From NCBI GenBank assembly GCA_903837285.1, contig CAILUD010000145.1, positions 2,697 through 66,696 of the forward strand: a stretch of DNA of 64,000 bases, in the 5' to 3' direction. This document shows, piece by piece, positions 8,758 through 19,328 of this stretch. This stretch comes from an uncultured Bacteroidota bacterium. Its GTDB lineage: Bacteria > Bacteroidota > Bacteroidia > Bacteroidales > GWA2-32-17. The translations under genes and the position numbers were made by a program. Position 1 is the first letter of the stretch. The number at the start of each line of letters is the position of its first letter. The notes below the pieces were generated by a model. It did not search any database. It had not been told where the DNA came from and worked only from the letters and a program-made list of their open reading frames with translations.

Positions 8758-10164
8758 ATGCATACTAAAGAAGATATAAAAAGTTATTTTAACAAATTAT
8801 CTGTATCAAGGATTAATTGGAAAAAAAGAAATAGTTTCTATCATAAAATGTTAGAAAAATACTATAAATTTTATATTCCTTCAAACAGTAATGTGCTTGA
8901 AATTGGTTGCGGAACCGGAGAGTTATTAAGCATTGTTAAGCCAAAGACTGGGGTTGGAATAGATTTTTCGGAGAAAATGATTGAAATTGCAAAACAGAAA
9001 TTTACCGAACTAAATTTTATTGTTGGAGATGCAGAAAATATTAAGACTACCGAAAAATTTGATCATGTAATAATTTCAGATTTATTAACCTCATTATGGG
9101 ATGTTCAGCAGAGTTTTTCGGAACTTAAAAAAGTTTGTCATCGAAAAACCAAAATAGTTATTTCAACATACAATACATTATGGGAACCTATATTAAAAAT
9201 CGCAGAATTTTTAGGATTAAAATCTAAACAACCTAATCAAAATTGGCTGTCTATTAACGATATTAAAAATTTATTAGAGATAGAAGGTTTTGAAATAGTA
9301 AAAAAAGAATATAAAATTCTTTTACCAATATATATTCCAGTAATTGGATTTATTTATAATCGAATTTTATCTAATGTGCCTGTTGTTAATAAATTGTGTC
9401 TGGTTCGTTTTATAATTGCACGACCAGTTGAAGTTACAAGAAAAGAGTATTCTGTTTCTGTATTAGTTCCTGCGCGTAACGAAAGAGGGAATATTGAAAA
9501 TGCAATACTTAGAACCCCAAAGTTTGGAAAATCTATTGAATATATTTTTGTAGAAGGCAACTCGCAGGATAATACATGGGAAGAGATAATTCGAATTAAA
9601 GAGAAATATAAAGATTTGAATATTGTTGCGCTTAAACAAACCGGAAAAGGTAAGGGAAATGCCGTTCGCGAAGGCTTTGATGTTGCTACTGGTGAAATGT
9701 TAATGATACTGGATGCCGATTTAACCACACCTCCCGAAGATTTGCCAAAATTTTATAATGCTTTAGCCGAAAACAGAGGAGAATTTATTAATGGATGCCG
9801 TTTAGTTTACCCAATGGAAAAACAAGCTATGCGATTTTTAAATTTATTAGGCAATTTGTTTTTCGGCGCTTTTTTATCTTATATTCTCGGACAAAGACTC
9901 AAGGATACATTATGTGGCACTAAAGTTCTGTTAAAAAAAGATTATGAAATAATAAAAAACAATAGGTCTTATTTTGGCGATTTTGATCCATTTGGCGATT
10001 TTGATTTAATATTTGGTGCAGCTAAGCAAAATCTTAAAATAGTTGAGATTATTGTTAGGTATAAAGATCGACAATATGGAAGTACACAAATCAGTCGTTT
10101 TAAGCATGGAATGATATTGTTAAGAATGAGTTTTTTTGCAACTAAAAAAATTAAATTTATTTAA
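8758..10164 (+). CDS. Bifunctional class I SAM-dependent methyltransferase / family 2 glycosyltransferase
   Basis: N-terminal VLEIGCGTGE (SAM motif I). The C-terminal half has SVLVPARNERGNI...EGNSQDNT...ILDADL (GT2 DxD). Confidence 0.8.
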   Translation: MHTKEDIKSYFNKLSVSRINWKKRNSFYHKMLEKYYKFYIPSNSNVLEIGCGTGELLSIVKPKTGVGIDFSEKMIEIAKQKFTELNFIVGDAENIKTTEKFDHVIISDLLTSLWDVQQSFSELKKVCHRKTKIVISTYNTLWEPILKIAEFLGLKSKQPNQNWLSINDIKNLLEIEGFEIVKKEYKILLPIYIPVIGFIYNRILSNVPVVNKLCLVRFIIARPVEVTRKEYSVSVLVPARNERGNIENAILRTPKFGKSIEYIFVEGNSQDNTWEEIIRIKEKYKDLNIVALKQTGKGKGNAVREGFDVATGEMLMILDADLTTPPEDLPKFYNALAENRGEFINGCRLVYPMEKQAMRFLNLLGNLFFGAFLSYILGQRLKDTLCGTKVLLKKDYEIIKNNRSYFGDFDPFGDFDLIFGAAKQNLKIVEIIVRYKDRQYGSTQISRFKHGMILLRMSFFATKKIKFI

Positions 10165-10914
10165 ATGTCTTTACCCGAAGAGCAACATAATGTAGAGATT
10201 CACGAGAATTTAAAAAGCTGGAAACGAAAACCCATTTTGCAAAAGATCTATCATGGTTTTTATGTTCAGATTGCCTCATATGTAAGTCAAAGTATAAAAG
10301 GTAAAATTGTTGAATTGGGAAGTGGTATCGGTAATCTTAAAATGCTTATTCCAAATGTTATTTGTACCGATATGTTTAAAAATCCCTGGATTGATCAGGT
10401 AGAAAATGCTTATTCTTTAAGTTTCGATAGTGACAGTGTTTCAAATATTATTTTATTTGATGTATTTCATCATTTACAATATCCGGGCACTGCCATTAAT
10501 GAATTTCACAGAGTGCTAAATAAAAATGGCAGAATAGTAATTTTCGAACCATGTTTAAGTTTGTTTGGCTATATCGTATATGGACTATTTCATCATGAAC
10601 CAATTGGGAAATTTAAAAAGGAATCATGGTTTGTTAAATCTATTTCAGATTTAGAAAAGAATGAATATTATGCCGCACAAGGTAATGCAACTAGAATATT
10701 CGGCAGTTCAAAATACAGTCATCTACTTACAGATTGGAATATAGTAAAAGTTAAAAAGATTTCTTCTTTATCATATGTTTTATCGGGTGGATACAGCAAG
10801 AAGCAATTATACCCAGATAATTTTTTGCCTTTGTTAACTTTTTTTGATAAGATTTTAGGGTTTGCCCCTTTTTTGTTTGCAACAAGATTGCTGGTAGTAA
10901 TGGAAAAAAAGTAA
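10165..10914 (+). CDS. Class I SAM-dependent methyltransferase
   Basis: IVELGSGIGN motif I and NGRIVIFEP post-II motif. The ATG directly follows the stop of the upstream gene (TAAATG). Confidence 0.7.
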   Translation: MSLPEEQHNVEIHENLKSWKRKPILQKIYHGFYVQIASYVSQSIKGKIVELGSGIGNLKMLIPNVICTDMFKNPWIDQVENAYSLSFDSDSVSNIILFDVFHHLQYPGTAINEFHRVLNKNGRIVIFEPCLSLFGYIVYGLFHHEPIGKFKKESWFVKSISDLEKNEYYAAQGNATRIFGSSKYSHLLTDWNIVKVKKISSLSYVLSGGYSKKQLYPDNFLPLLTFFDKILGFAPFLFATRLLVVMEKK

Positions 10915-10972
10915 ACTCTGGTCATCGTTTTTAGCATACTCGACAGCAAACGAGGTCGATCAATTTTATTTT

Positions 10973-11008
10973 ACTGATGTCAAGTCTTTCGTCCTGAAAT
11001 GTTGTAAA
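10973..11008. repeat. Degenerate copy of the hairpin module at 34258..34292
   Basis: ACTGATGTCAAGTCTTTCGTCCTGAAATGTTGTAAA vs TTTGATGTCAGGTCTTTCGACCTGACATTGTTAAA. Confidence 0.6.
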
Positions 11009-11189
11009 CCTTATCGTCCTCGCTTGTAAATAGATTTCTTTTATAATACCTATTCTTAAGTTCATGTCCTCACGAAACAAAACAACTTTTTTTATCGACT
11101 ATCAGTATGTTTTTTATAAATATCAGAAATTAATATATCGTATTTTAACTTCAAATCTATCTTTAATTTTTTCAATCTAAAAATTAACC

Positions 11190-11197
11190 TATTTTTG
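11190..11197 (+). promoter_or_regulatory. Bacteroidota-type -7 box TATTTTTG (efp)
   Basis: Matches TAnnTTTG, 23 nt before ATG 11220. Confidence 0.4.
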
Positions 11198-11219
11198 TAA
11201 CATAATATTTAAATTTAAT

Positions 11220-11789
11220 ATGGCATCAACAGCAGATTTTAAAAATGGACTTTGTATAGTATATAACAATGAGTTGTTTTCTATAGTTGAATTTCAGCAT
11301 GTTAAACCTGGCAAAGGTGGAGCATTTGTAAGAACTAAACTTAAAAATCTTAAAACCGGAAAAGTGATTGAAAACACTTTCACTTCAGGTGTAAAAATTG
11401 ATTTGGCAAATGTAGAGCGAAGGGCTTATCAGTATCTATATAAAGATGATATGGGGTTTAATTTTATGCAGACTGATACTTTTGAGCAAATAAGTATTCA
11501 GGAAAATATGATAGAAACTCCTGGGCTTTTAAAAGAAGGAACTCAAATTTATATTGCTTTTGATGCAAATACCGAAACACCATTAACATGTGAATTTCCT
11601 CCATTTATCGAAATGGAAGTTACCTATACCGAACATGGTTTAAAAGGAGATACTGCTTCATCAACTGCACTTAAAAAAGCAACATTAGAAACCGGATTAG
11701 AAATAAAAGTTCCTTTATTTATTTCTGTAGGCGAAATTATTAAAGTAGATACCCGTGATTTAAGTTACTCCGAAAGAGTTAGAAAATAA
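11220..11789 (+). CDS. efp: Elongation factor P
   Basis: [22 protein letters not shown] block. 189 aa. Confidence 0.95.
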   Translation: MASTADFKNGLCIVYNNELFSIVEFQHVKPGKGGAFVRTKLKNLKTGKVIENTFTSGVKIDLANVERRAYQYLYKDDMGFNFMQTDTFEQISIQENMIETPGLLKEGTQIYIAFDANTETPLTCEFPPFIEMEVTYTEHGLKGDTASSTALKKATLETGLEIKVPLFISVGEIIKVDTRDLSYSERVRK

Positions 11790-11797
11790 ATAATTTT

Positions 11798-12736
11798 ATG
11801 AGGCTGCCCAGACCATATTCTATTAAAGAAATTGCAGATTTACTGGGAGCAACTTATAGTGGAGATGAAAATTATTTAGTTAATGGAGTAAACGAGTTTC
11901 ATCAAGTAGAAAAAGGCGACCTTACATTTATTGATAATGTAAAATATTACGAACGTGTTTTATTTAGTCCGGCTGCAGTTGTTATAATTAATTCTAAACC
12001 CGAAGAAAGTCATGGAAAGCATTTTATAATTTCTGAAGACCCCTTTCGTGATTACAATAAATTTATAAAGCAATTCTCAACTTTTAAGCAAAGCGCACAA
12101 TCAATTAGCTCTTCTGCCGAAATAGGAAAAAATACTATAATTCAGCCAAATACTTTTATTGGGGATAATGTTAAAATAGGCGATAATTGTATTGTTCATT
12201 CAAATGTTAGTATTTATAATGATTGTGAAATAGGGAATAATGTAGTTATTCATTCAAATACTGTTATTGGTGCAGATGCGTTTTATTATAAACGAAAACC
12301 AGAAGGTTTTGATAAGTTAATTTCATGCGGTAAGGTTATTATTAAAGATTTTGTAGAAATTGGCGCAAATTGTACTATTGATAGAGGAATTAGCGGGAAT
12401 ACAATTATAGGTGAAGGAACTAAATTAGACAATTTAATTCAAATTGCGCACGATGTTAATATTGGTCGAAACTGTTTGTTAGCCTCACAGGTGGGTGTTG
12501 CAGGTAATGTTACTATTGAGGATGATGTTATACTTTGGGGACAGGTAGGAATTCAAAAAGAAATAACAATTGGCAAGGGTGCTGTAGTGCTTGGACAATC
12601 AGGAGTTCCTAAATCATTAGAAGGTGGAAAAACATATTTTGGTTCTCCTGCTGCCGAAGCTCGCGAGAAGATGAAAGAAATTGCATATATGAAACAGATA
12701 CCTGTATTAATGAAAATCTTAACCGAAAAGTTATGA
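11798..12736 (+). CDS. lpxD: UDP-3-O-acylglucosamine N-acyltransferase
   Basis: LpxD-type N-terminal domain ([11 protein letters not shown]...[11 protein letters not shown]) followed by left-handed beta-helix hexapeptide repeats. Confidence 0.85.
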   Translation: MRLPRPYSIKEIADLLGATYSGDENYLVNGVNEFHQVEKGDLTFIDNVKYYERVLFSPAAVVIINSKPEESHGKHFIISEDPFRDYNKFIKQFSTFKQSAQSISSSAEIGKNTIIQPNTFIGDNVKIGDNCIVHSNVSIYNDCEIGNNVVIHSNTVIGADAFYYKRKPEGFDKLISCGKVIIKDFVEIGANCTIDRGISGNTIIGEGTKLDNLIQIAHDVNIGRNCLLASQVGVAGNVTIEDDVILWGQVGIQKEITIGKGAVVLGQSGVPKSLEGGKTYFGSPAAEAREKMKEIAYMKQIPVLMKILTEKL

Positions 12737-13959
12737 GCGAAAAAGCGTCACTTAAAAGGTTACAGTTATCTAATTTCAAGTTAGAAGCATTGCTGGATAT
12801 ATCTCAGGCAATAAATGAAAACCTTTCTACCGAAGGATTATTAAGACGATATGAGAAAATAATAAGAGAAGATCTAGGAATTGGTAAAGTAGTTTTATTT
12901 AGTTATAACAATACATGGAAGTGTATCCTTTCATCAGGAATCAGATACGAATTATTTCAGGAAATTATTGTTGAACATGATTTACTTCATTATCGCGAAA
13001 TAACAAATCTTACTACTATGGAGCATCAAAAACTTGCTTCATTTGATGTGGTAATTCCTGTTTTTCATAAAGCAATGCCTTTAGCATATTTGCTTTTAGG
13101 CGATATCGACGAGGAAAGAGATGGAATTAGTCCAGTAATAAAACATTTACATTTCTTTCAAACTCTTACAAATATTATTATTGTTGCAATTGAAAATAAA
13201 AGGCTATATAACGAACACATTCATCAGGAAAGTATACGTAAGGAAATGGAACTTGCAAGCAGAATGCAAACCAATTTAATTCCAAATCCAGATACTTTAC
13301 CTAACAACGAATTTTTATATGTGGCAGCATATTATCATCCGCATTTTGAAGTTGGTGGTGATTATTATGATTGCTTTAAAATAAGCGATAATGAATATGG
13401 TTTTTGTATTGCAGATGTTTCTGGAAAAGGAATGTCTGCGGCACTAATTATGTCAAATTTTCAAGCAAGTTTACGTGCACTTTTTACAACTCAAATTAGC
13501 ATAAGCGACCTTGCTATAAGGCTTAATAGTATTGTTATGACAAATACTAATGGCGAAAAATTTATTACTGTTTTTTTAGCCAAATATAATACTAACAGCA
13601 GACAATTAAGTTATATAAATGCAGGTCATATTCCACCAGCATATTTATCTGAAAGCAAAGAAGTTTTATATTTAAAAGAGGGCTGTCCCGGTTTTGGAAT
13701 GCTAAGTGAAATACCAAAAATTAATGTTGGAAATTTAAATATTACCCCAGGATCAAAGTTGTTATTGTGTACCGATGGCTTGGTGGAAATGGAGAATGAT
13801 AAAAATGTTGAATTTGGGTTTAGCGAAATTGAAAGATATATGGAAAGCGAAGAAAGTATGGATAGTACTATCTGGAAAATTATTCAACGATTAAATATTT
13901 ATAAAGGACGCAATCCGTTTTTTGATGATATTTCAATATTGGGAATTAAATTTCTTTAG
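12733..13959 (+). CDS. GAF-domain PP2C/SpoIIE-family protein phosphatase
   Basis: C-terminal GGDYYD...[15 protein letters not shown]...NAGH...TDGLVE (SpoIIE/PP2C motifs). Its start overlaps the lpxD stop as ATGA. Confidence 0.8.
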   Translation: MSEKASLKRLQLSNFKLEALLDISQAINENLSTEGLLRRYEKIIREDLGIGKVVLFSYNNTWKCILSSGIRYELFQEIIVEHDLLHYREITNLTTMEHQKLASFDVVIPVFHKAMPLAYLLLGDIDEERDGISPVIKHLHFFQTLTNIIIVAIENKRLYNEHIHQESIRKEMELASRMQTNLIPNPDTLPNNEFLYVAAYYHPHFEVGGDYYDCFKISDNEYGFCIADVSGKGMSAALIMSNFQASLRALFTTQISISDLAIRLNSIVMTNTNGEKFITVFLAKYNTNSRQLSYINAGHIPPAYLSESKEVLYLKEGCPGFGMLSEIPKINVGNLNITPGSKLLLCTDGLVEMENDKNVEFGFSEIERYMESEESMDSTIWKIIQRLNIYKGRNPFFDDISILGIKFL

Positions 13960-14015
13960 TATAATACTATAACAAAATATACGCGATCTATTCAAGAGAG
14001 CGAGTACTTTTAGAT

Positions 14016-15164
14016 TTAACACCCAATATACCTAGAAATAACTAATCTTTGTATCTCTGAAGTCCCTTCTCCAATTTGCAATAATCTTTGATCGCGATAA
14101 AATCTTTCAATATCGTAATCTTTCATTAATCCATATCCACCATGTATTTGAACAGCTTCGTCGGCTACAAATTTTGCTACTTCAGAACAATATAATTTCG
14201 ACATAGCAGCTTCTTTCTCGAATGGTTTATGGTTATCTTTTAGCCAGCAAGCTTTATATAACAAGTTTCTTGCAAGTTCAATTTTTAAAGCCATATCGGC
14301 TAACTTAAATGCTATTGCCTGTTGTTTGCAAATTGGTTTTCCAAACTGAACTCTTTCTTGCGCATATTTTAATGCCATTTCAAAAGCTCCTTGTGCAAGG
14401 CCTAAACCCATTGCTCCAATTGATAATCGGCCTAAATCAAGAGTGCTAAGCATTATCTTAGAACCATCGCCTCGTTTTCCTAAAATGTTTGATTCAGGAA
14501 CTTTGCACTCGTCAAAATATAATTCTGCAGTATTTGATGCTCTCCACATCATTTTATCGTGCATTGTTTTTGCGATAAATCCTGGAGTTCCGTTTTCTAC
14601 TATGATAGTAGTAAATTCTTTTTTCCCGTTTTCATCGTTTGAAACAGTTTGAATTGACGAACCAATGGAGATCTCTGAAGAAGCATTTGTAATAAATATT
14701 TTTGAGCCATTAATAACCCAATTTCCATCTATTAGTTTAGCTGTTGTTTTTGAATTTCTTGAGTCAGATCCAGCTTCTGGTTCGGTTAGCCCAAAACCCC
14801 ATAATTTTTTTCCGCTACATAAATCTGGTAAATATTTTTTCTTTTGTTCTTCATTACCAAAATAGTAAATAGGGTTAAGTCCTAATGAATTTCCCGCAGC
14901 AACTGTTGCTGCGTGTGATCCATCTACTCTAGCTATTTCCTCGACAGCAATTATATAAGATAAATAATCTAATCCTTGTCCACCGTATTCTTCTGAAACT
15001 ACCATTCCAAATAATCCAATATCGCCCATTTTATGCGTTAATTCAACCGAGAATTGTTGTTTAGCATCTAATTCTTTTGCTAAAGGCTTAATTTCTCTTT
15101 CGGCAAAATCACGTACCGATTCTCTTATAAGATTATGTTGTTCATTTAATAAAGGATGTTCCAT
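14016..15164 (-). CDS. Acyl-CoA dehydrogenase
   Basis: GLTEPEAGSD and QIHGGYG...IGEGTSEIQRLVISR signatures. 382 aa. Confidence 0.9.
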   Translation of the reverse strand: MEHPLLNEQHNLIRESVRDFAEREIKPLAKELDAKQQFSVELTHKMGDIGLFGMVVSEEYGGQGLDYLSYIIAVEEIARVDGSHAATVAAGNSLGLNPIYYFGNEEQKKKYLPDLCSGKKLWGFGLTEPEAGSDSRNSKTTAKLIDGNWVINGSKIFITNASSEISIGSSIQTVSNDENGKKEFTTIIVENGTPGFIAKTMHDKMMWRASNTAELYFDECKVPESNILGKRGDGSKIMLSTLDLGRLSIGAMGLGLAQGAFEMALKYAQERVQFGKPICKQQAIAFKLADMALKIELARNLLYKACWLKDNHKPFEKEAAMSKLYCSEVAKFVADEAVQIHGGYGLMKDYDIERFYRDQRLLQIGEGTSEIQRLVISRYIGC

Positions 15165-15313
15165 AGCTATTAGAAATTATAATTTATTATTGTATAAAAA
15201 TGCTAAATATTTTTGAACTTTAAAAATATTGAATCATAAAAAATGTTTTACAAACGTTAACCATATATTTTAAAGAAAAGCTCAAATTACTTGCTATTTA
15301 GATTTATTCTAAT

Positions 15314-15321
15314 TAACTTTG
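15314..15321 (+). promoter_or_regulatory. Bacteroidota-type -7 box TAACTTTG (sufB)
   Basis: Matches TAnnTTTG, 29 nt before ATG 15350. A CTTG lies 20 nt upstream as a possible -33 element. Confidence 0.4.
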
Positions 15322-15349
15322 CGATGGTTAAAGTTGCTAGTTATAAAAT

Positions 15350-16798
15350 ATGGAAAACGAACAAGATAAAATAATATCGGAAGTTACAGATAACGAGTAT
15401 AAGTATGGTTTTTTTACTGAAATAGAATCCGATACTATTGCAAAAGGATTAAGTGAGGAAGTTGTTAAAATAATTTCTTCTAGAAAAAACGAGCCTGAAT
15501 TTATGCTCGAATGGCGATTAAAAGCATTTGAATATTGGAAAAAAATGAAAATGCCCAATTGGGCACATTTAACTATTCCTGAAATTGATTATCAGGATAT
15601 TATTTATTATTCTGCTCCAAAACAAAATGCTGAGTTAGCATCAATAGACGAGATTGATCCTGAGCTAAAAGCTACATTCGACAGGCTTGGAATTCCTTTA
15701 GACGAACAAAAAAAACTTTCTGGTGTTGCTGTTGATGCAGTTATGGATAGTGCTTCTATAAAAACTACTTTTAAAGAGAATTTAGCCGATTTAGGAATTA
15801 TATTTTGTTCGATGAGTGAAGCCGTTCGCGAACATCCCGATTTAATAAAAAAATATTTAGGTTCAGTAGTTCCTTATACCGATAATTTTTTTGCGACATT
15901 AAATTGTGCGGTATTTAGTGATGGATCATTTGTTTATATCCCAAAAGGCGTTCGTTGTCCGATGGAGCTTTCAACTTATTTCAGAATAAATGCCGAAAAT
16001 ACCGGACAGTTCGAGCGTACTTTAATTATTGCCGATGAAGGTTCGTATGTGAGTTATCTAGAGGGATGTACTGCTCCAAAACGCGATAAAAATCAGTTAC
16101 ATGCTGCGGTTGTTGAGTTAGTTGCTTTAAAAAATGCTGAAATAAAATATTCTACAGTACAAAATTGGTATCCCGGCGATAAGAACGGGAAAGGTGGTAT
16201 TTATAATTTTGTAACAAAACGAGGAATTTGTAAAGAGGATAATGCAAAAATTTCTTGGACTCAGGTTGAAACTGGCTCGGCAGTTACATGGAAATATCCT
16301 AGCTGCATATTAAAGGGCGATAATACATCAGCAGAGTTTTATTCGGTTGCGGTAACAAATAACTATCAGCAAGCCGATACCGGAACAAAAATGATGCATA
16401 TTGGAAAAAACACTAAAAGTAGAATTGTATCAAAAGGAATCTCAGCTGGACAAAGTCAGAATAGTTATCGAGGTTTGGTTAAAGTATTGAAAAATGCTGA
16501 AAATGCCCGAAATTTCTCACAATGCGATTCTTTGCTTCTTGGAAATAATTGTGGTGCCCATACTTTCCCATACATAGAAGTTGATAATAAAGAAGCAATA
16601 GTAGAGCATGAGGCAACAACGTCCAGAATAGGCGAAGATCAGATTTTTTATTGTAATCAACGTGGAATATCTACAGAAGATGCAATTGGGTTAATTGTTA
16701 ATGGATATGCCCGCGAAGTTTTAAACCAGTTGCCTATGGAATTTGCTGTTGAAGCCCAAAAGCTTTTGCAGATTAGCTTAGAAGGTAGTGTAGGATAA
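15350..16798 (+). CDS. sufB: Fe-S cluster assembly protein SufB
   Basis: Full-length match by eye to SufB (…[16 protein letters not shown]…[13 protein letters not shown]…). Confidence 0.95.
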   Translation: MENEQDKIISEVTDNEYKYGFFTEIESDTIAKGLSEEVVKIISSRKNEPEFMLEWRLKAFEYWKKMKMPNWAHLTIPEIDYQDIIYYSAPKQNAELASIDEIDPELKATFDRLGIPLDEQKKLSGVAVDAVMDSASIKTTFKENLADLGIIFCSMSEAVREHPDLIKKYLGSVVPYTDNFFATLNCAVFSDGSFVYIPKGVRCPMELSTYFRINAENTGQFERTLIIADEGSYVSYLEGCTAPKRDKNQLHAAVVELVALKNAEIKYSTVQNWYPGDKNGKGGIYNFVTKRGICKEDNAKISWTQVETGSAVTWKYPSCILKGDNTSAEFYSVAVTNNYQQADTGTKMMHIGKNTKSRIVSKGISAGQSQNSYRGLVKVLKNAENARNFSQCDSLLLGNNCGAHTFPYIEVDNKEAIVEHEATTSRIGEDQIFYCNQRGISTEDAIGLIVNGYAREVLNQLPMEFAVEAQKLLQISLEGSVG

Positions 16799-16881
16799 AA
16801 CATAATTTGAAAATTAAAAAAGTTTTAGTGAAATTTTGAGTTTAATTGTATTTGTGGCAAAAAAGTAAAAAGAAATATTAT

Positions 16882-17634
16882 ATGTTATCAATTAAAAATT
16901 TAAAAGCATCCATAAACGGAAAACCAATTTTAAAAGGAATTAATTTAGAGGTAAAGCCTGGTGAAGTGCATGCTATAATGGGCCCAAATGGTTCTGGAAA
17001 AAGCACTTTAGCATCTGTTTTAGCTGGTCGCGAAATATTTGAAGTTACTAGTGGCGAAGTGTTATTGGAAGGTAAAAATCTTTTAGAAATGTCACCCGAA
17101 GATAGAGCCAGATTAGGCGTTTTTCTTGGTTTTCAATACCCAATTGAGATTCCAGGTGTAAGTATGGTAAATTTCATGAAAACTGCAGTAAACGAAATTC
17201 GTAAATATCGTGGCTTACCATTGTTAAGTTCTTCAGATTTTTTAAAATTAATGCGAGAAAAAAAGGAATTGGTAGAAATTGATTCTCAACTAACAAATCG
17301 CTCTGTTAACGAAGGTTTTTCTGGTGGGGAGAAAAAGAAAAATGAAATCTTTCAGATGGCAATGCTCGAGCCTAAATTAGCAATACTTGACGAAACTGAT
17401 TCTGGTTTAGATATTGATGCTTTGCGTATTGTTGCAAATGGAGTAAATAAATTAAAACGACCTGATAATGCAACTATTGTTATTACACATTATCAACGAT
17501 TACTGGATTATATTGTACCTGATGTTATTCATGTTTTGTATAACGGTCAGATAGTTAAAACCGCAGGGAAAGAGCTTGCTTTAGAACTAGAAGAAAAAGG
17601 ATACGATTGGATTAAGAAAGAATACGCAGTTTAA
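16882..17634 (+). CDS. sufC: Fe-S cluster assembly ATPase SufC
   Basis: Walker A GPNGSGKST, FSGGEKKKNEI and ILDETDSGLD. ATG 16882 (MLSIKNLKA) is preferred over the TTG 16846 that opens the ORF. Confidence 0.95.
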   Translation: MLSIKNLKASINGKPILKGINLEVKPGEVHAIMGPNGSGKSTLASVLAGREIFEVTSGEVLLEGKNLLEMSPEDRARLGVFLGFQYPIEIPGVSMVNFMKTAVNEIRKYRGLPLLSSSDFLKLMREKKELVEIDSQLTNRSVNEGFSGGEKKKNEIFQMAMLEPKLAILDETDSGLDIDALRIVANGVNKLKRPDNATIVITHYQRLLDYIVPDVIHVLYNGQIVKTAGKELALELEEKGYDWIKKEYAV

Positions 17635-17645
17635 TAAGATTGATT

Positions 17646-19010
17646 ATGAGTGAAGTGATAAAAAAATCTTTAGTAAACGACGAACTTGTTGATGCTTTTC
17701 GCAAAAACAATGCTGTTATATTTGAACAAACGCCAGATTTTATAAATAAATTAAGAAGCAAGTATTTTAATGAATTTGAAGCACTAGGACTTCCGACTAA
17801 AAAAAACGAAGCCTATAAATATACTGACATAGAATCTGCTTTTTTTGGAGCGTACAAAAGACAATATTCGCCACAACCATTAACAATAGATATAAGAGAA
17901 GTTTTTACTTGTGACGTGCCTGAACTAGAAAATCATTTAATGCTTGTTAATGGTTGGTTTTACGATAAAGAAAACAAGTTAAAACTATTGCCAAATGGGG
18001 CAATTATTGGAAGTTTAATTGAAGCTACCAAACAGTTTCCCGAATTAGTAGAGAAGCATTATGGCAAGTATATTACCGAACAGAATGATTCCTTATCAAT
18101 GCTTAATATGTCATTTGCTCAGGATGGACTTTTTGTATATGTGCCAAAAGGAGTAATTATTGAAAAACCTATTCAGCTTATTAATTTAATTGTAGCTACC
18201 GAAGAATTGATGATTCAGCCACATAATCTTATTATTGCAGAAGAAGATAGTTCGGTAAGCGTTGTTATTTGCGACCATAGTTTAAATCCACATGCTTTTC
18301 TTTTGAATAGTACTACTGAAGTTATGGCTGGCAAAAATTCTAAATTAGAAATTTGTCGTCAACAAAATGCACACGATCACTCGGTGCAGCTTACAAATAC
18401 TTTTATTTTGCAAAAAGAAAGTAGTTTTGTGAATTCAGTTTATATTACCTTGCACGGTGGTACGGTAAGGAATAATTTATACGTAAAACTTTCTGAACCA
18501 CATGCTCATAACAAATCTTATGGGTTATGGTTGGCAGATAAAAATCAGCATATCGATAACAATACTTTTATACACCATGCTGCGCCAAATTGCGAAAGTA
18601 ATCAGCTTTATAAAGGGATATTAGACAATGCTTCAACAGGTGTTTTTTCGGGTAGAATTTTAGTTGACAGATTAGCTCAGAAAACGATTGCTTTTCAGTC
18701 TAATAAAAACTTACTGATGACAAATGATGCAAAAACACGCTCAAAGCCACAATTGGAAATTTATGCCGACGATGTTAAATGTAGCCATGGCTCTGCAACT
18801 GGCCAGCTAGATGAAGATGCGATGTTTTATTTACGTCAGCGTGGAATATCCAAAAAAGAAGCGTGCCATTTGTTAATGCTTGCTTTTGCAGATGATGTTA
18901 TAAATAAAATTTCTATTGCTCCTTTACGTGATGAAATTACTGGCTTAGTTGAAAAACGCTTGCGTGGTGAATTATCCAGATGCAATAGGTGTAAAGTAAA
19001 TTGCGGGTAA
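17646..19010 (+). CDS. sufD: Fe-S cluster assembly protein SufD
   Basis: SufB/D beta-helix region (…LEIYADDVKCSHGSATGQLDEDAMFYLRQRGI…). ATG at 17646, 2 codons after the TTG that opens the ORF. Confidence 0.9.
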   Translation: MSEVIKKSLVNDELVDAFRKNNAVIFEQTPDFINKLRSKYFNEFEALGLPTKKNEAYKYTDIESAFFGAYKRQYSPQPLTIDIREVFTCDVPELENHLMLVNGWFYDKENKLKLLPNGAIIGSLIEATKQFPELVEKHYGKYITEQNDSLSMLNMSFAQDGLFVYVPKGVIIEKPIQLINLIVATEELMIQPHNLIIAEEDSSVSVVICDHSLNPHAFLLNSTTEVMAGKNSKLEICRQQNAHDHSVQLTNTFILQKESSFVNSVYITLHGGTVRNNLYVKLSEPHAHNKSYGLWLADKNQHIDNNTFIHHAAPNCESNQLYKGILDNASTGVFSGRILVDRLAQKTIAFQSNKNLLMTNDAKTRSKPQLEIYADDVKCSHGSATGQLDEDAMFYLRQRGISKKEACHLLMLAFADDVINKISIAPLRDEITGLVEKRLRGELSRCNRCKVNCG

Positions 19011-19018
19011 TTTGTTAT

Positions 19019-19224
19019 TATTTACGTGAGTTCAAATTAAGATTTTTAAGAATATTTTGAACTCTTTCACAAACGAAGTTCGTAAAATCAATGTTTGCCC
19101 CAACCCTAAAGGGAGCATTGATTTTCAATGATTTCCCTTTAGGGATTAAGGGCAAAAATCATTAAAACATTTCATAAGACTCTTTTTGCAAGAAATGAAA
19201 TTATATCGAACTCACGTTATTTAA
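19019..19224. repeat. ~205-nt MITE-like nested-palindrome element
   Basis: Terminal inverted ACGTGAGTTC (19024-19033) / GAACTCACGT (19208-19217). Inner long hairpin 19097-19153 (GCCCCAACCCTAAAGGGA...TCCCTTTAGGGATTAAGGGC). Confidence 0.6.
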
Positions 19225-19312
19225 TTTGTCATCCATAGTGAAGTGTAATGGAACGATGAATCTAGTTCGAAATCCAAACTAGATTACCTTCGGTGAGAAA
19301 AGTGCTTTACTT

Positions 19313-19328
19313 CTCCGCCGCGGCGGAC
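19313..19328. repeat. GC palindrome CTCCGCCGCGGCGGAC
   Basis: Perfect 14-nt palindrome TCCGCCGCGGCGGA, one member of a family with 4 intact copies plus 2 degenerate copies. Confidence 0.75.

Noticed and set aside
9354-9728. 124-aa antisense ORF inside the methyltransferase/GT2 gene
   Set aside because: A shadow ORF within a gene with clear SAM and GT2 motifs. I recognise no features of its own.
16846-16881. N-terminal extensions suggested by the ORF track (sufC from TTG 16846, phoU from 36773, S41 peptidase from TTG 52193, metallopeptidase from TTG 6373)
   Set aside because: The extensions add non-conserved residues or overlap the upstream gene, and internal ATGs give family-typical N-termini. 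Starts remain unverified without conservation data.
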